From NCBI RefSeq assembly GCF_006345805.1, contig NC_042998.1:135036001-135100000 (forward strand): a stretch of 64,000 bases of DNA, read 5' to 3'. This document shows, in pieces, positions 1 through 12,177 of this stretch (its first letter is position 1; each line of letters starts with the position of its first letter). The notes below the pieces were generated by a model. The model saw only the letters and a list, made by a program, of their open reading frames with translations. It searched no databases and was not told the DNA's origin. Source of the stretch: Octopus sinensis (Eukaryota). Both the position numbers and the translations under genes were made by a program.

Positions 1-790
1 AACTGGCCATTTTTCCAAAAAAAAAAATACCCAGAAGAACTGCAGAGGAGAAAAAAATACCAGATTATGTAAGATAGGCTAACTCTTGCCCTTTGTGCCA
101 ATGCAAGTGGAGTCTTGTTCAAGTCACACAAAATCTTGAAGGAGAAGCTGCAGGTCATGTGGAGGGAAAACATTCATGTCTAGGTCTTCGAGTCAATCAA
201 CCTTATCTTCCGACCAGCAGTAAAAAAGTACCTTCTGGAGAACAATCTTCCTCTCAAGGCCTTCCTCATCCTTGACAATGCTCCTACTCACCCTCCTAAC
301 TTTGAAGATGATATCCTGGATGAATTTAAATTCATAAAAGTTCTGTACCTTTCACGCAATACCATCCCTATCTTGCAGCCCATGGACCAACAGGTGATTT
401 CTAATTTTAAGAATTTGTACACCAAACATCTGTTTCATCAGTGCTTTGAAGTCACTGAAAATACAAATCTAATCCTTCATGAGTTTTAGAATGTGCACTA
501 AACAGTGTTAACTACCTGAAAATTATCAATATGGCCTGGCACTCAGAGGAGCTGATGACCGATAAACTCCTGCAGCTTCAGGAACAGCAGTATTCAGATG
601 CAGTGGAAGAGATTGGTTCCCCAGAGAAGGTTATCTCTACAAGTGACATAAATCAGTGTTGGCAAAGTGGCAGTATGTTTCTGAATTTGTAGAAAAATAT
701 CATCCTGAAAAGTATCTTAAGGTTATGCAGCTGCTTTATTTAATGATACTGCTCTGGCACATTTTTGCAGCATTTTGAAAGGCTGGAAAA
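1..790 (+). mobile_element. Decayed Tigger/pogo DDE transposase fragment
   Basis: Translates to ...KYLLENNLPLKAFLILDNAPTHPP...IKVLYLSRNTIPILQPMDQQVISNFK..., matching the LDNAPxH and LQPMDQ motifs of pogo/Tigger transposases; stops and frameshifts present; runs off the window start. Confidence 0.88.
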
Positions 791-957
791 AGTGGGCGTG
801 TGTGTGCGTATGTGTGCCTATGAGTTCATGTGTTTGAAAATATGTCTATGCCTACACTGTGTATTCTCAATGTTTTGCATGTCAATGTTTTTCAATGCAA
901 AACATCAAAATTACCCAGTGTAGACAGAGACATACTTCCAAACACATGAATTCATAT

Positions 958-958
<1 letters not shown>

Positions 959-998
<40 letters not shown>
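959..998. repeat. (CA)n-(TA)n microsatellite
   Basis: Direct reading. Confidence 0.95.
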
Positions 999-1001
<3 letters not shown>

Positions 1002-1465
1002 TTAAAATTTCATAGAACCTTTTATCTTCCCTCTGGCACCTCTGAAGAAGAAAAAAGAGAAAAAAACAAAAACAGTCAGTGATGACTGCACCCCATCCTA
1101 GAACTGACTTCTTGGAGAGGTCACTATCCTTGAACTCATTTCAAAAGAATGGAAGTCAAAGTTGAAGGATGGGGGTCCCTCCCTCCTTCCCCTCTCTCTA
1201 CCCATCTATCTATCTATCTCTCTCCATTGTCCTGGAACTTCACTCAAAAAAACAAAAACAATGTTCTCCTCTTCTAAACAAAAAAAAAACCATCTCTTTA
1301 ATATAAATAAACAACCTGTTTGTATATTCACAAAAAACTTTTATTTGACAAGTTTGAAAAACAAACGAAAGCGCTAATAATAATAATGACTAAATAAAAA
1401 AAAAATCTTTTTCCACCTCTTTTCTCATCAATATTCAATATCTGTACACCACTTCTAAGACTCAA

Positions 1466-1495
1466 TTTCTCTCTCTCTCTCTCTGTATGTATATA

Positions 1496-1562
<67 letters not shown>
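1466..1562. repeat. Compound (CT)n-(TG)n-(TA)n microsatellite
   Basis: Direct reading; produces the spurious YIYIYI ORF at 1328-1582. Confidence 0.95.
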
Positions 1563-1565
<3 letters not shown>

Positions 1566-1809
1566 GCAACCCATGTCAGCAAGGAAAATGAACATTAAAT
1601 GATGATGCTTATATATATGACCACAGCTGAAATTCCATTTGCTAATTTACTATTTCTTTTGCTAATATCTGTTTAATTTATATCTGCAAAAATCATTGAC
1701 TGAAGCTTTTATCTTTCTCACTGCCAGGCATTAGCAGTTAACTTGTATTTATGTTTGCTTATTGTTATTGAAGTCTTAATGCCCATTGTAGATATGACAC
1801 ATGTGCTAA

Positions 1810-2004
1810 CCCTTTTGATACCAACTCACATGAGACTGTCTTCTGCCCCACTTCCATGATACAATCTTCTTGTTTTTAAAACATTCCATGTAAATCTCAT
1901 GCTAATTTATGTTCCAAACAGTTTTTACTGAATTTTTCATAGTTTAAAACTAATTGAAAAAATAAAAAGTAGTTTATTTCAACAGAAATATGGTAATAAA
2001 ATGG
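1810..2004 (+). mobile_element. Degenerate TTAA-type (piggyBac-like) MITE
   Basis: Starts ctaa|CCCTTTTGATACC and ends CAGAAATATGGTAATAAAATGG, similar to the copies at 6280 and 50469. Confidence 0.6.
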
Positions 2005-2093
2005 ATAAAACATTCTGAGGCTTTTATTTTGAATTTAAAACATTTTGTTTTACTCTGTTATTAGTGTATTTATGTTTATTCTTGTTCTTGTAG

Positions 2094-2258
2094 TGCCAGG
2101 ATGTTATTCAGACAAGTCTGAAGGTGGCTACAGAGCTACTCAACAATGTCGACTTGTACATTCTGATCCACAACCAGTATGGTAAACGCCTCATGAAGCA
2201 ACATAAAATTAGTCCAGATGCTTATATCCAGATGGCACTACAGCTTGCTTACTATAGA
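2094..2258 (+). CDS. CPT1: CPT1 internal coding exon (CQDVIQTSLKVA...SPDAYIQMALQLAYYR)
   Basis: ttcttgtag acceptor, gtgagt donor, 165 nt open phase 0; matches the CPT1 segment CQEVI...SPDAFVQLALQLAHY. Confidence 0.96.
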
Positions 2259-3884
2259 GTGAGTTGAGATTTCTGTTATAACAAATGTTTAATAATTGCT
2301 ATACAAAATATCATTAAAATCAAATATATATTTGAAACAGAAGTGATGACAATGGGAAAATGCTATAAAAGCCATATTATTTTACTGAATTTTTCATATT
2401 TTAAAACTAATTGAAAAAATAAAAGGTAGTTTATTTCAACAGAAATATGATAATAAAATGGATAAAACAGTCTGATGCTTTTATTTTGAATTTAGAACAT
2501 TTTGCTTTATTCTGTTATTAGTGTATTAATTTATGTTTATTCTTGTTCTTGTAGTACCATGTGATAATAAATGAATAATTTAATGACTGTTGTAAATGGT
2601 ATAATGGGATTATAGTTTACTATGTGACATTAGGAGTAATGTACTACCTGTATAATTGTAGGTAGTTTGTAAATGTTGTGGCTATGTGATGGTGGATATT
2701 TTTCTGAGTGGGATCGATATGTAGTGATACTAAGTTATAATGTGTTGCAGGATAACTGTCAAAATTATAATATAGAGTAGGAGTTGGAGAGAAAGTTTGG
2801 TAATAGTGATTATATATACCAATTTTCAGAGCAAGACTGCTTTTCACTTTGTTAAAATGTTTATAAATTCTTGTTAGAGCTCATTTAAATTTTGGTTTTC
2901 AGCAAATAGAACTTGGTAAAATTCTACATTTTGACAATGGTAAATACTTTACAATAAAACTCAAGTGAAAGTTACATGAGGTGTCAAGTCCTGCATTAAT
3001 TTATGAATCTAGTACATTTAAATATATTTAGTCTTGCTAGTAAAGAATTTTCAAACTAAAAATTCTAGTTAGAGCTGATTTCATTTTTGTTTTTGACAAA
3101 AGGACCATTAGACTTAAGGTCTATCTGAACTGATGAGATTAACACATTCTTTTAGAGCTGATTTCTTGTTGTCACTTTAATATGGATTTTTATATCTAAT
3201 GTTCTCTCTCATCAACACAAAATAATTTACATATAATCAGTTAGAGTTGTGAGGTCCTTTTAGTTTTTTTTTTTTTTAATTATTATTTTTTTTTTTGCTA
3301 AGAGTTATTCAACTTCTTGAGAGTTGGTGTAGAGTGGCTGGTTGAAGGCATACCCTTCAGCCATAGAAATTAAGTTAGATGACATGTGCAAGCTGCCCCA
3401 GTAAGAAATGACATACACTATGACAACATATCCAACCCATCGCAACGTAGAAAGTATATGTAAAATTATGATGATGATAATTTGTATAATTCCTATAGAG
3501 AGTGGACATATGTTGATTTAATGTTTCATACAGTGATAAACACCTTTATGACAGGACGAAGAGAGAATTTTAATGTAGTCTCTTAACTCGGAACCAAATT
3601 GCCTTCACATCACACCCTACCAGGGTACACAAAATAATGTAATCTTAAATATGCAGTCATATTCTGTGTGAAAGAAAAGGGAGGCTGATCATAGTGGGAA
3701 CATCTTTGATCCAGGTTAACCAAAGCCTAAACTACTTGTAATGATGAGTTAATGATTAAAACATTTTACTACAAAATAGTAATTATTTTCTTAGTAGACA
3801 CGTCTAGTTCATGCCAACTTGAATGAACATATAAAAACATTGATGATGGCAATAATGACTAATTATTTTATTTCACTGTTTCAG

Positions 3885-4019
3885 GATTGTAAGAAATTCT
3901 CTCTTACATATGAATCTGCAATGACTCGACTGTTCCGAGAAGGAAGAACTGAGACTGTACGTTCATGTACACTTGAGTCAGTAGAATTTGTTAAAGCAAT
4001 TAACGATCCATCTGTGCCG
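3885..4019 (+). CDS. CPT1: CPT1 coding exon ([28 protein letters not shown]...DPSVP)
   Basis: tttcag acceptor, gtattt donor, 135 nt; [19 protein letters not shown] is diagnostic of CPT1. Confidence 0.97.
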
Positions 4020-4077
4020 GTATTTTCATTTGTTTCTTCTATCATCTTTTATCTTTTATTTGTTCCACTCATTACAC

Positions 4078-4450
4078 TGTGGCCATGCTGTGGCATCACC
4101 TTGAAAAATTTTAGATGAATGAATTGACCCTAGTACTTATTTTTTTTAAGCCTGTCACTTATTCTGTTGGTCTCTTTTGCCAAACCACTAACAGGGACAT
4201 AAACACATCAACACTGGTTGTCAATTGGTGGTGGGGGACAAACCCAGACACAAAGATATACACACAAAGATACACACACACACACATTATGGGCTTCTTT
4301 CAGTTTCCATCTACCAAATCCACTCACAAGGCTTTAGTCAGTCTGAGACAGTAGTAGAAGATGCTTGCCCAAGATGCCACACAATGGGACTGAATCTGGA
4401 GCCATGCAGTTGGGAAGCTAACTTCTTACCACACTGCCATACCTGTGCCT
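4078..4450 (-). mobile_element. tRNA-derived SINE (family A), older full-length copy
   Basis: Reverse complement of the family seen at 29634 and 34078 (shared ggaaactgaaagaagccc and cttgggcaag blocks). Confidence 0.85.
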
Positions 4451-4785
4451 AAAAATTAAATTGATTTTCACAGAGCTTTTTTTAAAGAAATTCTTTTTTT
4501 GGGTAATTTAAAAGTTATACAATATTTTGTCATTTCATGAAATTATCAGTAGTATTTATATTGACAGTAAGCTTGTGACAAATGAAATCTAAGACCTGGT
4601 TTTTACTCTTTTGAAAATACCTTTCATCCTTTTATGTTGTTAATAGTACTTAGAAAGACCTGAGCATTACAACTTCTTAGCCTTTTTCTCCAAATACTTT
4701 CAATCTTTGTATTTAAACAAGAGAAGTGGCCATATGTAATGTATTTACTGATGATGCAAGTCACCTGCTTCTTTTTGTTTTTCAG

Positions 4786-4974
4786 AGGAAAAAATGTAGA
4801 GAATTGTTAATGAAAGCTTGTAATGTTCACCAAAAAAGTTATCGTGAAGCAATGACAGGCAACGGTATTGATAGACATTTATTTTGTCTATATGTTGTCT
4901 CCAAGTACCTTAAGATTGACTCTCCTTTCCTGAAAGAGGTTTTAAGTGAGCCATGGCGACTGTCTACTAGCCAG
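4786..4974 (+). CDS. CPT1: CPT1 coding exon (RKKCRELL...[21 protein letters not shown]...EPWRLSTSQ)
   Basis: ttttcag acceptor, gtaagc donor, 189 nt; [16 protein letters not shown] and WRLSTSQ carnitine acyltransferase motifs. Confidence 0.97.
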
Positions 4975-5029
4975 GTAAGCTATTGATGCCTACTACTCTT
5001 CTCTTGAAAGCATTGTAACTTAAATATTG

Positions 5030-5242
5030 GTTTCAAATTTTGTCACAAGGTCAGCAATTTAAGAGGATTTAGGTAAGTCGATTACATCAACCCCAGTGCT
5101 CAACTGGTACTTGTTTTGTTAACCCCAAAAAGATGAAAAGTGAAGTTGGCCTTGGCAAAATTTGAAGTCAAAACATAGACAGACAAAATGCAGCTAAGCA
5201 TTTTGCCTGGCATGCTAATGATTCTGCCAGCTCACCACCTTG
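5030..5242 (-). mobile_element. tRNA-derived SINE (family B), decayed
   Basis: Reverse complement of the ggcgagctggcagaatc...actggggtcgat family; further copies at about 5960-6125, 6125-6560 (-) and 10528-10700 (+). Confidence 0.75.
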
Positions 5243-5280
5243 TTGAAAATTAAATATTAAATCCATGTAGTAATGTTTCC

Positions 5281-5530
5281 ATCATCATCATTTTAACGTC
5301 TATGCTTGCATGTGTCAGACAGTTTGTTGAGATAAATTTTCTGTGGCCAGATGCCCTTCCTGTTGCCAACCCTCACCTGATTCCAAGTCAGATATTTCCC
5401 CGTGACCAAACATCTTTTTACAAAAGATTGGAAACAAAGGACACTGCTTGCATGACAAGGACACTTTCTTACAACTATCATGTGATGTCAAGGCAGTAAC
5501 ATACATACACACTCTCTTTCTCTTTCTCTG
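5281..5530 (-). mobile_element. RTE-tail non-autonomous retroelement with (GAT)n tail
   Basis: catcatcattttaacgtctatgcttgcatg is the reverse of the (GAT)n-tailed 3' end; related copies at about 12565, 16580, 32700, 44630, 49705 (-) and 27248, 46050, 58580 (+). Confidence 0.75.
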
Positions 5531-5544
5531 CATATGTGTATGTA

Positions 5545-5577
<33 letters not shown>

Positions 5578-5638
5578 GCGCACAAACACAAACATGTTCT
5601 ATCAGTTTTATATGTATGTATGTACATCCTACTTCCAG

Positions 5639-5716
5639 ACACCACACCAACAAACAGATAAGTTCGACTTGAATAAAAACCCTGAGTACATATCAGCTGG
5701 TGGAGGTTTTGGACCA
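5639..5716 (+). CDS. CPT1: CPT1 coding exon ([26 protein letters not shown])
   Basis: cttccag acceptor, gtaagt donor, 78 nt; GGGFGP motif. Confidence 0.96.
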
Positions 5717-6279
5717 GTAAGTAGAAAATATACTTGATATTTTTTTTAAATTTTGTTTTCTTTTCTAATGAATCAAGTAAGAACTTTAGATTAAACAGGA
5801 AACCTTATAAAGATCTTGCACCACTATTATCTTTAATCCATTGCAAGCCATGTATATAGGCTGTCATTTTAGATCGGTGGTTCTCAACCAGGCCCCATAT
5901 GGTCCCTGAGGGGCCATAAAAGATTTTGGGGGGAATACACAGTCAAATAATGTAGTATGTCAATTACATTGGCCCCAGTGTTCAACTGATACTTATTTTA
6001 TTGACTCCGAAAGGATGAAAGGCAAAGTCAGTCTCAGTGGAATTAGAACTTAGAACATAAAGAGAGACAAAATGGTGCTAAATATTTTTCCCAGCATGCT
6101 AATAATTCTGCCAGCTCACCACCTTAATAATAATAATAATCCTTTCTACTATTGGCACAAGGCTTGAAATTTGAGGGAGGGGGGCTAGTCAATTACATCA
6201 ACCCCAGCACGTAACTGGTACTTATTTCATTGACCCCACTAAAGTCAACCTTGGCAGAATCTGAACTTGGAGTGTTTAA

Positions 6280-6500
6280 CCCTTTCGTTACCAACCTGGC
6301 TGAAACCGGCTCTGGCTCTTTAGTACAAATGTCTGGTTTTCAAAAGTTCTGAATTAAAACCTTCCACCAAACCTTAGTCACAATTTATGTCCCTAACTCT
6401 AGCTTAATGATAACGATGTTATTTTACTTAATTCTTTGTTATATTTAACATAATTGAAAGAAACACTGAGCATCTCAAAATAAATTCAGTAACGAAAGGG
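6280..6500 (+). mobile_element. TTAA-flanked MITE, 221 bp, nested in a SINE
   Basis: TTAA|CCCTTTCGTTAC ... GTAACGAAAGGG|TTAA: perfect 12-bp TIR and TTAA duplication, interrupting a family-B SINE. Confidence 0.9.
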
Positions 6501-7292
6501 TTAAGAAGGATGAAATACTGCTAAGTATTTTGCCTGGCATGCTAATAGTTCTGTCAGCCCACTACAATAAAAATAATAATAATGATGATGATGATAAGAA
6601 TGATTGGGAAAAGTGTTTTATTAGGGGAGAAATGATAGACTATAGGTATGATAAGAGTAGGTACATCAAGTAAGCTGGAGTAGAAGTGTTTGCAGTTTTT
6701 CAGTTCAGTGATACAGAAGCTGTTGTAATAACTGTAAAAGAGAAAGTGAGAGAAAAGTCCATATGTGAGCTTGTTGTAATGTGATAGTATAAATTATTTG
6801 CTGTAAATGCCTGTTTGTTTATTTCTTTGAACCTTCCTTTCTTTGACTGTTGTCTGTTAGATACATTTAAAGCAGAGAACTTCCAGAAATTATACTGTAA
6901 GGCTAAAAACAAAAAAAAATGCACGATCAGTTATTGGCTAACATTATTTTGAACGTCATCTAGTAAGGGAAATAAGTATGGATATGTTTCAGTCTCAGTT
7001 TGTTTAGTTTGTCTGGTTATCATTTACATGACTGTTTATTTGTATATCTATCAGTCTGTCTGAGTGTCTATATGTATTTCTTCAAAATCAGATGGACTCA
7101 TACACTGACAAAAAAGGAAAAATTTATTTACCTTCAAGTTTTAGTAAATTCTTTTTGAAATATTTATTTGTTAATACATGATATTACAAAGGAGATGAAC
7201 GTTTCTTCATAATATGAGGTGGAATTTAATGATACCTTTTTATAGATGTGTATTTGTTTATTTTAACTATTTTAACTTTTCTTTTCTAATAG

Positions 7293-7385
7293 GTTGCTGA
7301 TGATGGCTATGGTGTATCGTATATTATAGCAGGGGAAGATGTAGTATTTTTTCACATTTCTAGCATTAAATCATCTCCAACAACG
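7293..7385 (+). CDS. CPT1: CPT1 coding exon ([31 protein letters not shown])
   Basis: ttctaatag acceptor, gtaagt donor, 93 nt; [10 protein letters not shown] motif. Confidence 0.96.
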
Positions 7386-7499
7386 GTAAGTAATTTTTAC
7401 ATGTTCACTTGTATTTCTCTCTACATCAGACCCTATTCTGAATAAACTATAATTCTCTTAGAACTACAGTGGATTTACACTGTCACCTCTATCCTCAAA

Positions 7500-8600
7500 A
7501 ATTTGCAACTCTGTACTGATTTATAGAATTTTCTTTAATGTTGATCCCATTGTATGATAAAACCAAAGCAGTTCCTGGAAAGGTAGTGTAAAACTACCAC
7601 AGATCCTTGAATCATAGAAGAGCTCAGAATTTCCAAGCAAAAGGCATTGCTTTCTGTTGACATTTGTTAGTATCAAGAGAAAAGTCATGTTACATATTCT
7701 GTTTAATTATACTAACCCAGATGAGACTGTCAAGGTCATCAAACATCATGTACAAAAGAACCATCAAACTTCATGCAAGTAACAGATGGTCCAGCTAAAG
7801 CATTCCCAACAACAGCAGGAATCCTTCAGGAAGACACCTTGGCTCCTTTTCTTTTTATGATTACTTCAAATTAGATCTTTAAGCAGCATGTTGATGCCAT
7901 CCAAGATGAGGGCTTCACCATTAAGCAGATGCAACCAAGATGTCAGCTGAGTCTGTTTCTCTCTGACCTTGACTAAGCTGATGATCTTGGCCTTATAGCT
8001 CATCGACTGTATGATGCGCAAAGCTTAACATTTCTTGAAAATACTGCAGCCAAAGTTGGTCTGTTTCTCAACACAAAAAAGGTTGAATATATGGCCATCA
8101 ATGAAGATCAAAACCACCTGCTACTTTGATGACAGACAACTCAAAGAATTCAGTGGCTTTAAATACCTTGGGACTTATATTGCTGAGATCAAGAAAGGCC
8201 CCATTATATGCAAGAGACGTGACTGGAATATCTGTAACAAGCTTCAACATAATCAAGTAGTTCTAAGTCAGCAAGCCTTGCCTTCCTTGGAACATGAATA
8301 GACAATATTCTTCTCTAGGATCTGAACCTTAACTCTGAAGAAGTAACTGCAGGATCATCTTGAAAGTACATACACAAGGTTTCTGATGAAGGCATAAGCA
8401 CAAGACCAGAGAGATCTAAAGACATATTCTGTCCATCTCCAGTCAAACTGTCGAAGCCATGCCAGCATGGAAAATGGATGTTAAATGACAATGTTGAAGA
8501 AGATACAGGGTTAGCTTTACTGGCTACTGTTATCATGCTAAACAACAGGCAATATTATGTTATATTTTGGAGACATTTACACCCAAATAAAGGATGATCA
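7500..8600 (+). mobile_element. Decayed non-LTR retrotransposon RT (RTE-X-like) in the last CPT1 intron
   Basis: GILQEDTLAPFLF and SDLD*ADD (degraded GxLQGDxLxP and YADD), followed by FKYLG. Confidence 0.8.
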
Positions 8601-9329
8601 CTCAACTACCTTGATGTTATTGGCAGACACACATGAAACCAAGGATCTACCTAGACTAATGCAGATCAGAGATTCCTAGTGTAACATTGTGAGATGTAAC
8701 TTAATTGTAACCACTTGAAGATGAAGAACGTTTTATAACTCACTGCAATGATTACATGGTCAGTGCTATTTAATATGGTTACCAGTTGAGTGCGAGAAGC
8801 TTGATTATTTAGTTGAATAAGGATTGTAGAAGGAAAGGAGCTCATGCAACAATAGTTTTGTCTTTACTGGGGGATTACACTATTGACATTTATCTTTCAT
8901 ACCTCTGAAGATGACCAGATTAGCAGTTTTACTCTTTGTGGGGTTCTGGTGTGGTTTATTAGGCCAGTATAGGCTTAAAATCCATAGTTACAGTGGGAGC
9001 ACATAAAAGCAGAATCTGGACCCAGTGGGACTCTTGCTTTCTGTGCAATCATCCTCTCTTTAGTTTCTCTGATCACTTCTGATTCTGAGTACTGTCCTCC
9101 AGAGTACACAGCACCATGCCACAGTAAGTGATCTTGAGCAAGATGTTCCCAAGTAGATTGTTCTAAGTTACACTGTTATATTTATTGCACTTCAAGAAAT
9201 ACACATTACTGAGGATTTTACATTAGACTAGAAACACACTTTATTGAACTTGTAGCAATTATTTAACATTATGTATTTCATAATTTACACTTTAAATATA
9301 TTAATTTTCATTTCTCTTTTCTTTTCTAG

Positions 9330-9401
9330 GATTCTGAAAGATTTAGCAAAAACATATTGAACTCAATGCAGGATATAAAACAAATGTTAGAGAGCTCATA
9401 A
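9330..9401 (+). CDS. CPT1: CPT1 terminal coding exon (DSERFSKNILNSMQDIKQMLESS*)
   Basis: Strong polypyrimidine tract ttctcttttcttttctag; aligns with the CPT1 C-terminus DSHRF...AMTDI; TAA at 9399-9401. Confidence 0.93.
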   Translation, partial: DSERFSKNILNSMQDIKQMLESS

Positions 9402-9445
9402 TATTTTCCAAGATGTATAAAGTTGTACCATAAAGGACATTGCTA

Positions 9446-9451
9446 AATAAA
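9446..9451 (+). promoter_or_regulatory. Candidate CPT1 polyadenylation signal
   Basis: AATAAA 45 nt after the stop, followed by a U-rich tract; the UTR could extend further. Confidence 0.4.
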
Positions 9452-9863
9452 TTTATGTTTTTTTAACAGATAACCCAACACCATCCATTACAAGTTTCAA
9501 TTTTCTCTAAAAATGCACAGAAAGCAATAATCATCTGATCTCAAAGAGTGTTCTAAGACTATGTCCATATTCCTTGTGCTAATGAACCTCTAAATTTGAT
9601 CATCACAGTATTTCAGCTGCCATTCCAAACTGTTGTTAAAAGTGATGTGGTATATAGACTTATTTGGCACTGGAATATTACCAGTATTCATCTTTTTACT
9701 ACAATCAGATGCCATCCAATTTCCTGTCATTTTTTACTTTGCTTTGGTTGTTAATAGATGAATTTATTTCAAATTGTATTTTATTTTATTTTTTTTTAGA
9801 GAATTATTGAAATTAACAAAAATTTTACAATTGAAAGAAAAGTTAATTTTTGAACAAATATAA

Positions 9864-9868
<5 letters not shown>

Positions 9869-9919
<51 letters not shown>

Positions 9920-9927
9920 TATATATA
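9869..9927. repeat. (TA)n microsatellite
   Basis: Direct reading. Confidence 0.95.
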
Positions 9928-11711
9928 ATTTTTGAATTACTATCTGTAAAGATTCTGAAATATTTTGTTTGCAAAGTCATCTCATGAGTACAAAACAAAG
10001 AAGGTCAAAATGAACAAAAATGTGTAGACTAATTTCATGGGCACTGCGTGTTTATTCTTCATTAGTTCACGTCATTAGAAAGCTTAGATCAGGACAAATA
10101 TTGTCATCAGTGGTGTATTTAAACCTTTTAAATATTTAGCCGAACCATAAACCCTGTTTTTAATAGTTTCCTATGAAACATAATTACTTTCGTATATTTT
10201 TCAAACATTGAGCTGTGGTCATGCTGGAGCATCATTTTCAAGGGTTTAGTCAATCATATTGACCTCAGTATTTATTTCAGTCTGGTACTTATTTTATGAA
10301 TTCCTATTTGTTGAATTACACAATATAAATGCCCTCACATGCTTGGATACAGAAAGAGAAGATTTCTCTACAACACACTGTACACCTACATGTATGCAAT
10401 AGAATATATTACTCTTTAATATTGTATAATAAATAATTACGGTAAATTTGATATGTGGATAAAATTCTGAAATAGTTCTCTAGTGTAATTTTCATGCAAG
10501 TATATATATTTTACACTGCAATCTAAATAGGCAGCGAGCTGGCAGAATCATTAGCATCATTTCTTCTGGCTCTTTGTTCTGAACTCAAATCCTGCTGAGG
10601 TCAACTTTGCCATTCATCTCTTCAGAATCAATATATTAAGTACTAGTCAAGTATTGGGGTCAATATAATCAACTTTCTCCACTACCCTCAAAATTGCCAT
10701 CTTTGAACTCTGCCATTCTAGAGTATGTTTTGATCTCAATCACTTATATGCCATGGAAATTGGGTAACCAGCCTTATGAGTCCCCTAGGGCTCAAGAAAA
10801 AAATTTAAGTACAACATAGAATTGCTCTTAGTTATAATAGATTTTATATTAATAATTTATCCCCAATCAGCAATTGAAAAAAGAACTTTTTAGTTATTGT
10901 CTATTCTGCCTTATACAAATGTTCAAATATTATTCTTTTGGGACCAGATATATTCTAAAAATTCATTCAAATGCTATAGTTGACATTTGACTAGAACAGA
11001 GCTCCAACATGGATCAGATAATTTTATTTTCTAACAGCATAATGTACACTTGTGTTATGATCTTAAGAAAATAACATGTCAAGAGTAAGCATTAATTGTT
11101 ACAGCTAAATTTGTTAATCGCTCTAATGATACATGTTTTCCTTCGAGGAACTTCTATCACCACATGCCATTCTGTTAATTACTTCTAACCCACCTTAGCT
11201 TTTCATTTTTCCAAAACTTTGTCAGAACTGTGTCAGGAATCTTTCCCATCATGTTGACTTAGTGCCAAATTACTTCTATATGGATGACTATGAAGTACAA
11301 TTATTCTTCCTAACATCTATATTGTTAGTAAGGCCAAGTAAGTGATTAAATGATATCTAGGGCTAGATATGCTTTTTCTTTTTAAATGGTTATGAATTAA
11401 ATACCAGACAACAAAATACAAGAGTAAATAAATTTGACTAAAATCCCTTAAATAGAATGTTGCTCCATCATGGCACAGTCCTAATAACTGAAGCTAGTAA
11501 AACTAAACAAAAAGGAAATGAATAAAAGAAAATAATGATTTTAATCTTTGTTTTTAGAAATTTTAATTTCTGGGATTTATGAGTGTGATTTACAAGCACA
11601 CACACGCGTGTGTATATATATATAATGTACTGTTCTGTGATGGTAAGATCAACAAAATAAAGTACTCTATCTGGTGAGAGATAAATATTTAATAGACACA
11701 ATACATGTTTT

Positions 11712-11772
11712 TATGTGCTACTAATAGTTTCATGTGTTGAGAAATACCTCAAACATATTCATCAGGCACACA
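11712..11772 (-). ncRNA. Type-I hammerhead ribozyme, intact core
   Basis: Minus strand UGUGUGC-CUGAUGA-[AUAUGUUUGAG guauuu CUCAACACAU]-GAAA-CU auu AG-UA^GCACAUA: stems I-III all pair; GUA cleavage between 11719 and 11718. Confidence 0.85.
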
Positions 11773-12116
11773 CCACATATCATAATGAACTAAAAATTGA
11801 ATGAGAGAAGAAACACGAAAAATTGAGAAGGAAAAATATAGGAAACATGGAAGGTTAAAAAAGCGGAAAACGAAACAGTAAAAAAGAATAAGATATCAAC
11901 AAGTTAATCAGGTATAGGTAAAATTTTCCAATTTTTCATGTTAACAATCACTGAAAATTTCAGACCTATACATGATTAACTTGATAAAGAAGATAACTCT
12001 TTTACTTTTTTTCACTTCCGTATTTTCCATTATTCAACCTTCTACGTTTTCTATATGCTTCTTTCTCAACTTTTTGTGTTTCTTCTTCCATTCAATTTTT
12101 AGTTTGTTATATGTGG

Positions 12117-12177
12117 TTTGTGCCTGATGAATAAGTTTGAGGTATTTCTCAACATATGAAATTGTTAGTATCACATA
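12117..12177 (+). ncRNA. Type-I hammerhead ribozyme, degenerate mirror copy
   Basis: UGUGC-CUGAUGA-stem II-GAAA-UUGUUAG-UA^UCACAUA; a G-to-U change at the first stem-I position and a U-G wobble in stem III. Confidence 0.7.

Noticed and set aside
1075-1108. C-box (GTGATGA) and D-box (CTGA) with a short terminal stem
   Set aside because: Only about 30 nt, too short for a C/D snoRNA; no further D box found.
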